From: an uncultured archaeon
Lineage (GTDB): Archaea; Asgardarchaeota; Thorarchaeia; Thorarchaeales; Thorarchaeaceae
NCBI GenBank assembly: GCA_964458565.1
Contig: CAYWJO010000050.1
Span: 1-24,161, forward strand
Reading direction: 5' to 3'
DNA length: 24,161 bases
Shown here piece after piece: positions 15,868-24,161 of this stretch; the first letter of the stretch is position 1; each line of letters opens with the position of its first letter. A program made the translations under genes and the position numbers. The notes below the pieces were generated by a model. That model searched no databases and had not been told where the DNA came from. It was given only the letters and a program-made list of their open reading frames with translations.

Positions 15868-16659
15868 TCAATTACTCAGATGCTTCAGATGTTTAACATC
15901 ACCCGTTTGAAAAATCATCTGGTGATTTGTAGGAAGATTGACTATGAGAGAGCCGAACTCATTGATATCTATAGCCGTCCCAGTAATTTGAGAGCCACCA
16001 TCATCAACCAATACATCTCTCCCAAGAGTAGAGCTGTATTTTCGCCATTCTTCAAGGATAGGACTTAGTGATTGAGTTTTATGAAGTTCTTTCAGCCGTG
16101 ATGTAAATGCAGATAAAAACCGACAAAGGACTTCTTCGATTTCTATTACCTGACCTAATTCTTCAATAATCGTTGTTGCTGAATCAGACAAGGAGGTGGG
16201 TAGGTTCGCCATCGAAAAATTGAGATTAAGACCAATTCCAATTATAATGAAAGTCTGTTTATCAACAATCATTTCACTCAAAATTCCACCAATTTTCTTT
16301 TCATAAAGAAGGATGTCGTTTGGCCACTTCGCCTTAACAGGAATTGATAATGCATTCAAACTGTATATGATAGCATTAGAAGCAACTAATCCTAAACAAG
16401 GCAGTTTTTCCACAGATAGACTTGAAGGGAATCCAAATGAAAAATACAAACCTCCTGAGGGGGATAACCATGTCCGATTAAATCGCCCTCTTCCCTCAGT
16501 TTGCAGTTCGGATATTATGATAACATTCTGAGATTTGTCTTTGGAGAGATATTCTTTCAATACATCATTAGTGGATGTAACCTCATCAAAAATATGGAGA
16601 GAAAACATTGGCTCCAGAGTTTCAATGCATCTCTGAATTTTTTCCGTATTTAGACCCAT
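15868..16659 (-). CDS. birA: Biotin--protein ligase (class I, no N-terminal HTH)
   Basis: STND, QTEGRGRFNRTW, KWPNDI, KKIGGIL and GIGLN motifs, with a C-terminal SH3-like domain (TGDV). Confidence 0.93.
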   Translation of the reverse strand: MGLNTEKIQRCIETLEPMFSLHIFDEVTSTNDVLKEYLSKDKSQNVIIISELQTEGRGRFNRTWLSPSGGLYFSFGFPSSLSVEKLPCLGLVASNAIIYSLNALSIPVKAKWPNDILLYEKKIGGILSEMIVDKQTFIIIGIGLNLNFSMANLPTSLSDSATTIIEELGQVIEIEEVLCRFLSAFTSRLKELHKTQSLSPILEEWRKYSSTLGRDVLVDDGGSQITGTAIDINEFGSLIVNLPTNHQMIFQTGDVKHLKHLSN

Positions 16660-16756
16660 TTAATCACAACGTTCCAAATCCAATGTTTGAATTTATCTAA
16701 CCACTTAATTCTTATATTGAATGTGGAGCTGACCTTTTTTGGTTGAGGAGTAGTCA

Positions 16757-17590
16757 ATGACTAGTCTTGCTGGAGCAATTATTCTCAAGGACATCAATAA
16801 AACAGTCCTTTTCAAAAATAGGGACCTTGAGAGAGGGGATTTCAAAGAAGAAATCTTCTACGATATTGATTGCTTTGGCATCAGAGGTCTTGATAGAAAT
16901 TCAGGAAGCTCAGTAGGATTAGGAATTGGTGTTAATAGGTACGGACTAGCTGTAGCCAATACCCACGTACTAGCATCATCTAACCCATCCTATGATATTC
17001 TTACAGAACAAATATTGATGTTTGCCAAGGATGCTGAAGATGGCCTTGCGATGACTGTTGATCATCTGAAGAAAGGACGTCAATACCAGTGGGGAAATCT
17101 GGTTCTTGCTGATAGTGATTCAATGTTGGTCATTGAGATTGCAGATGGTGAGCATTCCATAGAGTGGTCTGAGAGGAAGGTTCTAAGAACTGGACATCAT
17201 ATCATGTTAGATACAGAGGACGAGATAAGAAAGAACTCGGAGGAATTTGGACTTGATTCGTATTATGATGATTCGTCAACGCGTTTCAATAGAGGGTATG
17301 AACTTCTTCGTGGAATTAACAATATGAATGCGGTTTTTTCATTGCTTCAAGACCATGGTGATGCACCTGGTCAAAACTCGATCTGTAAACATTCCACCTC
17401 TTCAAAAGACCTGGGTACCGCAGCAAGCTATGTGATTGAAGTTGATCACGAACAAGATACTGGTCGACCAAAGATTGTGTTTCACGTGTGCAGAGGAAAT
17501 CCCTGTGAAACAGATTTTGTATCCGTTCCCTTGATATTTCCAGCAGATGAAGATATTATGAAAAGAGCTAGAGAGATGTTTTTCAGGTAA
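16757..17590 (+). CDS. Ntn-hydrolase-fold protein related to peptidase C45 / isopenicillin-N acyltransferase, with atypical active site
   Basis: FKNRD, GIGVNRYGLAVAN, SICKH and GNPCE motifs; GAGGAG RBS. Confidence 0.75.
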   Translation: MTSLAGAIILKDINKTVLFKNRDLERGDFKEEIFYDIDCFGIRGLDRNSGSSVGLGIGVNRYGLAVANTHVLASSNPSYDILTEQILMFAKDAEDGLAMTVDHLKKGRQYQWGNLVLADSDSMLVIEIADGEHSIEWSERKVLRTGHHIMLDTEDEIRKNSEEFGLDSYYDDSSTRFNRGYELLRGINNMNAVFSLLQDHGDAPGQNSICKHSTSSKDLGTAASYVIEVDHEQDTGRPKIVFHVCRGNPCETDFVSVPLIFPADEDIMKRAREMFFR

Positions 17591-18875
17591 TATCCGCAGA
17601 TTCCTTTGGTTTCTTAGCTCTAACCAACTCGATGTCTTTTCTAGATTCGATTTCTTTTTCCTTATTTCTAAAGAAGAGATAGAGCATAATGACTGCGATG
17701 ATATAGAGACCGGAAACAAGTAAATATGGTTCACGGTAATATCCAGCGGCTAAGAGGGCACCTCCGATATTAGCTGCAATTCCGCGTACAAGAGAGTCGC
17801 CTGCTCGTGTCACACCCATTGCTGTTGCACGCTCCTCCTTCTTCAGTCCCTCCATGAAGAAAGCATTTGATACAGGCCAAGCCATATTCATCAAAACATT
17901 TCTGGAGATATAAGCAATTACTGCAATTACCAAGAAATCCGCGTATGATATCATCAATAGAAATGGAACTGAAAGTGCTTCTGTGATTATTATCGTCTTT
18001 ACTTTTCCGAACCTGTCAGACAGTGCAGGTGCAAGAAAGTTACCTGCGGCAAGTATTACCATGTTTATCGCGAATATGATTCCAATGAGTTCTGAACTTG
18101 CTTGAAATTCATTCTTGAAGAAGAGATTGAAATATAATACGATGACTCCTGCGCCAAGTCCGACTGTAGATACATAAAGAGAGTACTTGCCAATGAAACC
18201 CCAATTTGTAACGTTACTCAGCTGCATGTTGATGTGGGTTGATTCTGCAGGTTTGTCTAGGCTCATCATTGTAACAAGGATTAGTGAGAAGGCTGATGGA
18301 ATTAAGCTGAGAAGTAGGGTCAACTGAAAAGACTGTGCAGTTGTGAGATAAGCAGGTATGATTATCTTGAGGATGCCTGGAAGATATCCTCCAACTAGAT
18401 TTCCAATTAACACAGCAAGTATACTTACACCACTATTAAAGGCAAATAGATGTGCTCTTTCCTCATCTGTCGATTGATCAGTAATGTAGGGGGACCAGGC
18501 AACCTGTGTGAATGCACCCGCGATTCCGATAAAAACCTGAGAAGACAATAAGCTGATTTCATCAAGGATAGAATATTGAATAAACAGAGAAACAAAGGAT
18601 ATAGTGGATGCTAGAACTATAGTTTTCCATCTACTAGTACGATCTACGATCATTCCTGCAAAAAAAGCTAAAGCGGCAGTGGCAAACATAGACACCGAGA
18701 GAAAGAATCCGAGAAAGTCTTCTGAGAAACCTCGGGCTTCCATGTAGAGATTGAAGATAACTCCACTAATACCGAAAGAGAAGGCATTGAATGCTCCGAG
18801 TGTGATGTACAATCGAGCATCTCGTCTGAAAAGCCGGATTTTACCGATGTAGCTCAATCTCGGTTTATCAGACAT
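17583..18875 (-). CDS. Major facilitator superfamily transporter
   Basis: About 12 TM helices; motif A variants GMIVDRTSRW and LSDRFGKV; EERA motifs in both halves. Start moved to ATG 18875 (GGAGA 9 nt upstream). Overlaps the convergent neighbour by 8 nt. Confidence 0.92.
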   Translation of the reverse strand: MSDKPRLSYIGKIRLFRRDARLYITLGAFNAFSFGISGVIFNLYMEARGFSEDFLGFFLSVSMFATAALAFFAGMIVDRTSRWKTIVLASTISFVSLFIQYSILDEISLLSSQVFIGIAGAFTQVAWSPYITDQSTDEERAHLFAFNSGVSILAVLIGNLVGGYLPGILKIIIPAYLTTAQSFQLTLLLSLIPSAFSLILVTMMSLDKPAESTHINMQLSNVTNWGFIGKYSLYVSTVGLGAGVIVLYFNLFFKNEFQASSELIGIIFAINMVILAAGNFLAPALSDRFGKVKTIIITEALSVPFLLMISYADFLVIAVIAYISRNVLMNMAWPVSNAFFMEGLKKEERATAMGVTRAGDSLVRGIAANIGGALLAAGYYREPYLLVSGLYIIAVIMLYLFFRNKEKEIESRKDIELVRAKKPKESADIT

Positions 18876-19016
18876 CTTAGTCATTCTCCAGAAGGAATTA
18901 GATATCGGGTTGCAAAATATGTGACCTATATTCATTCCGAAATGAACAAACCTTGGTATATCGTGAAAATTACGATTGTCGAACATGAATTCGGTGTCTA
19001 ACGTGTATAGCGATGC

Positions 19017-19023
19017 TTTTATA
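19017..19023 (+). promoter_or_regulatory. Candidate archaeal TATA box for the ABC transporter operon
   Basis: TTTTATA about 50 nt upstream of the GTG start; a GGAGGT RBS follows. Confidence 0.4.
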
Positions 19024-19074
19024 GCACTGTTGTTACTATGAATTACTATCGCGAATCACGGAGGTTATAACCTA

Positions 19075-20703
19075 GTGGAGAGAACAAGACTAATCGCGAT
19101 TGTGTTGATTCTAGTCGTCATCGGTGGCGGAATCGTAGGCTTTATGCTTCTGAGTACACCGCCCGTTCAGGAAGAGAAAGTAATTATCTTCGGAACGACT
19201 GATTCAGTGGAGGCGAGTATAGACCCAGCACAATCATATGACTACTTCGGATGGGAAATTATCACATCCCTCGGAGCAGGTCTCGTAGAAATCATTCCTG
19301 GAACATCAGCTAGCGCAGACGATATTAGAGGCGCATTAGCTGAGTCGTGGACTGTAAATCCTGCTGGAACCCAATGGACATTTAATCTAAGGACCGGCCT
19401 GGTATTTGAAGATGGAATGCCATTCAATGCAACTGTTGTTAAATATTCATTCGATAGGAACATTGGTATGGCACTTGAAGATGGACCACAACTCAATATG
19501 GGTTATGGAGACATCATCGATGAGGTGGTTGTTGTAAGCAACTATGTCGTCAGGTTTGACCTGAACTTTGCTTTTTCACCATTCCTTCAATTGATGTCAT
19601 GTGCAGCATCATACATTGTACATCCAGACTATGCACCCTTAGCCAACTATGTCCCTTACAATGCCACAGTACCAATTCGTGAGAGACACCCCAACGGTCT
19701 GGGACCATACTTACTACAAAACTGGACCCGAACAGGTGGATCTGACACTGAGATGAGGTTGGTAAAGAACCCGAACTACTGGGATCCAACACTGCCAAAG
19801 AATGACATGGTCATCATCAAGTTCTACCAGTCTGATGCAGCATTAACAGCTGCTATGACAGGTGAGGAGATTGATGTCGCTTATAGGCACATGACCCCAG
19901 TACAAGTGAATTCATTCAGAGATGATACAGATTTCATAGTATGGGATGGTGTGGGAGCATCAATTCAATACATGTGCTTCCAGCAGAACATCTATCCATA
20001 TAATGAAACACCAATCAGGCAAGGTATTGCCGCAGCGTTGAATCGAACAAACTTGGCGGCAACAGTCTTTCAGGGAACAGTTGATCCTCTATACAGTATA
20101 GTACCATATGGAATGGCATACCACAAGCCATCATTCGAGGTACACGGAGTTGCTAACTACACATTCACCCAGCAACAACTAGCGCTGTATGGATACAACT
20201 CGACTAACAAGTTGCAAGTTCACCTCTGGTATGAGAGCTCTGGCCACTATCCATCAAGTCTGCTTCAAGCACAAGTCTACAAGAGCGATCTTGATGCCAG
20301 TGGCGTAATCACTGTGACCTTGCATGGTGTTGAGTGGGCAACATTCCGTCTGCAAAGAAATGCAGGTTCAATGCCTGTATTCATTTATGGATGGTATCCG
20401 GATTTCATCGATCCAGATAACTATGGGTTCCTGCCATTTGCATCCTGGCTCAATCTAGGATACAATGAAACATATCCTCAGGGTGGTATAGACCAGTATG
20501 ACCTATGGGTTGAAGGTCGTTCAGCTAGCACATCTGCTGGTAGGCAAACTGCATATTATGCACTACAAGACCTACAGGCAGAGGAGTGTTCAGTTATTCC
20601 ACTCTGGCAGGGCAAGAGTACAGCAGTATCAACAGATAGTATCGGTGGTATCGTCCTCGACATCACTGTCAACTGGAGACACTGGTTACTCACAATAACA
20701 TAA
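19075..20703 (+). CDS. dppA: ABC transporter substrate-binding protein, family 5 (dipeptide/oligopeptide/nickel)
   Basis: N-terminal TM anchor; SIDPA; LAESW...WTFNLR.GLVFEDGMPFNA..VKYSFDR family-5 signature; GLGPY; KNPNYW; GWYPDFIDPD. Confidence 0.93.
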   Translation: MERTRLIAIVLILVVIGGGIVGFMLLSTPPVQEEKVIIFGTTDSVEASIDPAQSYDYFGWEIITSLGAGLVEIIPGTSASADDIRGALAESWTVNPAGTQWTFNLRTGLVFEDGMPFNATVVKYSFDRNIGMALEDGPQLNMGYGDIIDEVVVVSNYVVRFDLNFAFSPFLQLMSCAASYIVHPDYAPLANYVPYNATVPIRERHPNGLGPYLLQNWTRTGGSDTEMRLVKNPNYWDPTLPKNDMVIIKFYQSDAALTAAMTGEEIDVAYRHMTPVQVNSFRDDTDFIVWDGVGASIQYMCFQQNIYPYNETPIRQGIAAALNRTNLAATVFQGTVDPLYSIVPYGMAYHKPSFEVHGVANYTFTQQQLALYGYNSTNKLQVHLWYESSGHYPSSLLQAQVYKSDLDASGVITVTLHGVEWATFRLQRNAGSMPVFIYGWYPDFIDPDNYGFLPFASWLNLGYNETYPQGGIDQYDLWVEGRSASTSAGRQTAYYALQDLQAEECSVIPLWQGKSTAVSTDSIGGIVLDITVNWRHWLLTIT

Positions 20704-20715
20704 AATAAGGTATCA

Positions 20716-20754
20716 AAGTGCTGTTTTTTAGCAGCACTTCTCCTTTCTTTTTTT
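20716..20754 (+). terminator. Hairpin plus T-tract after dppA (partial terminator or mRNA stabiliser)
   Basis: AAGTGCTG (20716-20723) / CAGCACTT (20732-20739), followed by CTCCTTTCTTTTTTT. Confidence 0.6.
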
Positions 20755-20824
20755 AGCAACACATCACGTTTTCCGATGACCTTAAGTTAAGGTTTGATTT
20801 TTTATGGGAATGGATGTGGATTAA

Positions 20825-21841
20825 GTGTCCCTCAGATCGTATATCGTAACCAGAATCCTGCTCACAATTCCTATGATAATGTTTTTACTAACACTGGTTT
20901 TTCTGATTCTTCGAGTGATTCCTGGAGATCCAGCGCTTCTGCATTTTGAGAAGAATGTAGATCCACAAACTCTAGCAGATTTTCGTGCACGACTAGGTCT
21001 TGATGTCCCAATTTGGGAGCAATATATCAACTATCTAGTAGCTCTATTCCAAGGAGACTTGGGGAAATCTATGCATAATTATGAACCAATCTCCATCCAC
21101 ATTGCAGATAGATTTCCGGCAACACTAGAGCTGGCAATCTATTCTATGCTGTTTGCGGTACTCTTGGGAGTCGCAATGGGAGTACAATCTGCTAAGAGAT
21201 ACAATAAACCTGCAGATCATGGCATCCGTTTCTTTGGTATTATAACCTATGCAATCCCTGTATTCTTTCTGGGAATGATACTTCAGACAATCTTTGGTTT
21301 CTGGTTAGATGTACTGCCAGTAAATGGGATGTTTGATACCAGATATGAGGCATACCGACCAGAAAGAATCACAGGAATGATGACCTTTGATGCAATACTT
21401 ACGGGTAATTTGACAGGTTTCGTTGTGGCATTTCGTTACTTATTGCTACCAACAATAACACTTGGCACGATACTCTGTGGAATATTTATCCGTTTAACGA
21501 GAACTAACATGATAGAAACCCTAAGGAAAGATTTTGTAATTGCAGGTCAAGCGAGAGGTCTTTCTGATGGTACTATCACATACGGATACGCACTCAGAAA
21601 CGCATTCCTCCCGATCCTTACAATGATAGGTTTGCAATTCGCAACGCTTCTTGCTGGTGCAGTACTGACTGAAACGACATTCGAATGGTTAGGATTGGGT
21701 ACATACCTAGTAGACAGGATAGAACATAGAGATTATACCGGTATACAGGGCGTCGTAGTTTTCTTTGGTATTCTTGTGACGATGGTCACTCTATTAATGG
21801 ATTTGCTATATGCGTACCTTGATCCCAGAGTTAGATTGTAG
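20825..21841 (+). CDS. dppB: Dipeptide/oligopeptide ABC permease
   Basis: IPGDPA, GDLGKS, RFPATLEL, EAA-like loop (DFVIAGQARGL), ALRNA, GAVLTET and YAYLDPRV. Confidence 0.95.
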   Translation: MSLRSYIVTRILLTIPMIMFLLTLVFLILRVIPGDPALLHFEKNVDPQTLADFRARLGLDVPIWEQYINYLVALFQGDLGKSMHNYEPISIHIADRFPATLELAIYSMLFAVLLGVAMGVQSAKRYNKPADHGIRFFGIITYAIPVFFLGMILQTIFGFWLDVLPVNGMFDTRYEAYRPERITGMMTFDAILTGNLTGFVVAFRYLLLPTITLGTILCGIFIRLTRTNMIETLRKDFVIAGQARGLSDGTITYGYALRNAFLPILTMIGLQFATLLAGAVLTETTFEWLGLGTYLVDRIEHRDYTGIQGVVVFFGILVTMVTLLMDLLYAYLDPRVRL

Positions 21842-21851
21842 AGGTGAGAAG

Positions 21852-23582
21852 ATGTCTGAAGATAATAACAAAAGACCGCTAATTGTAAGTGGTATTTTCC
21901 TCTTTGTCAGAGCTAAGACAGGAAAACTATCGCAAGAATCAAGAAAGTGGAAAATTTCAGTCGGAATACTCGCCATTTCTGCTATAATCATCGTTTCAAG
22001 TCTTATCACATTGGCATTTAGATCAGACAGTGGTTGGGGAGTTCAGGTCACGATTGGGACTGTAATAATAGGAATAGTCGTCTGGATTGGAAACATTCTA
22101 ACTAAGTACAAGTGGAAGAAAGAAACAGTGTTCTTCACAGTCCCACTGCTGCTTATTATACTGTTAATTTTCTTGATAGGGTCTGTCGGACTTCCCTACG
22201 TTTATGTTGCAGCAGCAGCTTTGGATATGATACATTGGCCTGTTTTAGTTGGTGGTGGTCTCATCATAGTGCTAGCTATCTTCCTGAATGAGAAGATGGG
22301 TGAGGGTTTAGAGAATGAGAAAAGAAGCTTAAGAGTATTATTCCAGTTTACGCAATTAATAGCAGTACTGACATTATACATTGTGTATATCTCGATAATG
22401 AGTGCACCAATTGGTGTTTTGAGTACGATAGATTTCCTATTTGTGATATTGACCTTTATCATAGGTATTATTCTATGGACTTCTAGATCTATGGTCAGGT
22501 GGGAAATCAAGAATATTTCAATCAAGGTTAGAACCAGACACATCTGGTTTATAGTATTTTGTCTTGCAATTGGAGCAATTGCTTATCCATTGATTGTGAA
22601 TATACTACCTCCGGAAATTATTGTTTATAACAGTAACAGACTAGACATTCAACCCTCACACATCTTGACATTTTTCATTTACACGTGGTCTACAATTGTA
22701 GGTGGTGGTTTAGTTATCACATCAATCGGTCTTCTTTTCTACGAGGGATATCCTCTCTTGAAAGACAGAGGACCACCAGGGATTGTTACGATAGCAGGAT
22801 TTGTTATCGTTTTAGCAATCCTATACATGACCTTCATAGCATATTGGATTACTCCATTTGATCCGTTTTACATTAATAGCGGTCATACATTGGAGCCACC
22901 TTCCCCTACTTATCCACTAGGGACAACACAGTTGGGACAGGATATGCTTAGCCGGGTACTTGCTGGAGGAGCAACGATGTTCCAAGTCGCAATTCTGTCA
23001 GTGATCGTATGTTTCACAGTCGGAGTTCCAATTGGTCTTTATGCCCCATATAAGGGTGGTTTTACCGACAGGTCAGTTGGTTTAGTTATGGATAGTATAT
23101 TCGCATTTCCAGGGCTCGTCCTTGCCATCGCAATTACTGCAATGCTTGGACCAGGAGTAGTGAATATGGCTGTTTCCATAGCTGTAGTGTATGTTCCTTC
23201 TTACTTCAGAGTGGTTCGGAGTCAGGTACTCACCATTAGAGAATTACCATATGTTGAAGCAGCAATTGTAATGGGGGCAAAAGACCGTGATATTATATTC
23301 AGATACATCCTACCAAATGTATTACCATCTGCAATAGTATTGATGTCGATCAATTTTGCAGATGCAATATTAACTGCAGCAGGACTGACTTTCATTGGTC
23401 TGGGACCGCCTGTCGAGATACCTGACTGGGGTTGGGATCTCACATTTGGTTTCGACAACATGGTTGTTGGATATTGGTGGGAAGCAACATTCCCAGGTCT
23501 TATGATAGTGTTCTTGGCACTTGGATTCACATTTGCAGGTGAGGGGCTCAATGAAATACTCACGCCAAAACTCCAGGAGTGA
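21852..23582 (+). CDS. dppC: Dipeptide/oligopeptide ABC permease with long N-terminal multi-TM extension (576 aa)
   Basis: C-terminal half has PLGTTQLGQDMLSR, YVEAAIVMGA, ILPN, LTFIGLG, PDWG and GEGL. Start is ATG 21852 after GAGGTGA. Confidence 0.9.
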   Translation: MSEDNNKRPLIVSGIFLFVRAKTGKLSQESRKWKISVGILAISAIIIVSSLITLAFRSDSGWGVQVTIGTVIIGIVVWIGNILTKYKWKKETVFFTVPLLLIILLIFLIGSVGLPYVYVAAAALDMIHWPVLVGGGLIIVLAIFLNEKMGEGLENEKRSLRVLFQFTQLIAVLTLYIVYISIMSAPIGVLSTIDFLFVILTFIIGIILWTSRSMVRWEIKNISIKVRTRHIWFIVFCLAIGAIAYPLIVNILPPEIIVYNSNRLDIQPSHILTFFIYTWSTIVGGGLVITSIGLLFYEGYPLLKDRGPPGIVTIAGFVIVLAILYMTFIAYWITPFDPFYINSGHTLEPPSPTYPLGTTQLGQDMLSRVLAGGATMFQVAILSVIVCFTVGVPIGLYAPYKGGFTDRSVGLVMDSIFAFPGLVLAIAITAMLGPGVVNMAVSIAVVYVPSYFRVVRSQVLTIRELPYVEAAIVMGAKDRDIIFRYILPNVLPSAIVLMSINFADAILTAAGLTFIGLGPPVEIPDWGWDLTFGFDNMVVGYWWEATFPGLMIVFLALGFTFAGEGLNEILTPKLQE

Positions 23583-23588
23583 TGAGAT

Positions 23589-24161
23589 ATGAGTAATTTA
23601 CTCGAGATCAGGGATTTAACAGTGGAGTATGTGACACGTCGTGGTACTGCAAGAGCAGTTGATCAAGTAGACCTCTCACTAAAAGAGAATAAAATTCTTG
23701 GGCTTGCCGGAGAATCAGGTTGTGGTAAATCGACACTTGGTAGAGCCATTATCCGATTGGTTCCATATCCAGGCCGGATTGTAAAGGGGAAGATATCACT
23801 CAATATTCGGGAGGATATTGTTTTCAAAGATAAGATAATCCCCAAAGGCGATGTGCCAATCTTGGACCTAAATGAAGAACAGATGAGGATGCTTAGAGGA
23901 AACGAAATTGCCTATATTTTCCAAGACCCTATGACATCATTAAATCCCTTGATTACAATTCAAGATCACTTCATTCAGATTCAGAAAGCGCATGATCCTA
24001 AAATAGAGAAGGAAACTGCAATTGCCCGTGCAGCAGAAGTTATCCAGGATCTTGGAATACTACCAGAAAGGCTCAAGGACTACCCACACCAATTTAGTGG
24101 GGGGATGCGTCAGAGAGTCATGATTGGATTGGGGCTCGTATTAAGACCCCGCCTGATTATT
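23589..24161 (+). CDS. dppD: Dipeptide/oligopeptide ABC ATPase, truncated by the window end
   Basis: Not in the ORF track; translated manually as MSNLLEIRDLTVEY...GLAGESGCGKST...IFQDPMTSLNP...YPHQFSGGMRQRV. Confidence 0.95.
   Translation, partial: MSNLLEIRDLTVEYVTRRGTARAVDQVDLSLKENKILGLAGESGCGKSTLGRAIIRLVPYPGRIVKGKISLNIREDIVFKDKIIPKGDVPILDLNEEQMRMLRGNEIAYIFQDPMTSLNPLITIQDHFIQIQKAHDPKIEKETAIARAAEVIQDLGILPERLKDYPHQFSGGMRQRVMIGLGLVLRPRLII

Noticed and set aside
18876-18986. N-terminal extension of the MFS ORF in the ORF track
   Set aside because: Not MFS-like; it would occupy the divergent promoter region, and a GGAGA RBS supports ATG 18875.

Overview
Archaeal chromosomal segment, most likely an Asgard archaeon of Thorarchaeia type. 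This is inferred from the NosD/beta-helix and GOLD-like surface proteins with Thr-rich stalks, C-terminal membrane anchors and zinc ribbons, and from GGAG/GGTG-type ribosome-binding sites; no marker gene is present. The right half is a peptide-handling and housekeeping block: tldD-tldE/pmbA, birA, an atypical C45-like Ntn-hydrolase homologue, an MFS transporter and a dpp/opp ABC operon that runs off the window end. The left half is accessory. Its standout is a compact, apparently GC-richer two-gene operon on the minus strand (1373-6108). It joins a divergent stand-alone UvrA paralogue (no uvrB or uvrC in the window) to a 627-aa protein built from two tandem nucleotidyltransferase/helical-bundle/winged-helix modules, each missing part of the catalytic triad. 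Other notable points are an ORF that reads through an in-frame TGA, a Cys/Trp motif inside a Ser/Thr stalk, an Ntn-fold protein lacking the usual Cys nucleophile, and a DppC with about 300 extra membrane residues. No rRNA, tRNA, CRISPR array, transposase or integrase was recognised.
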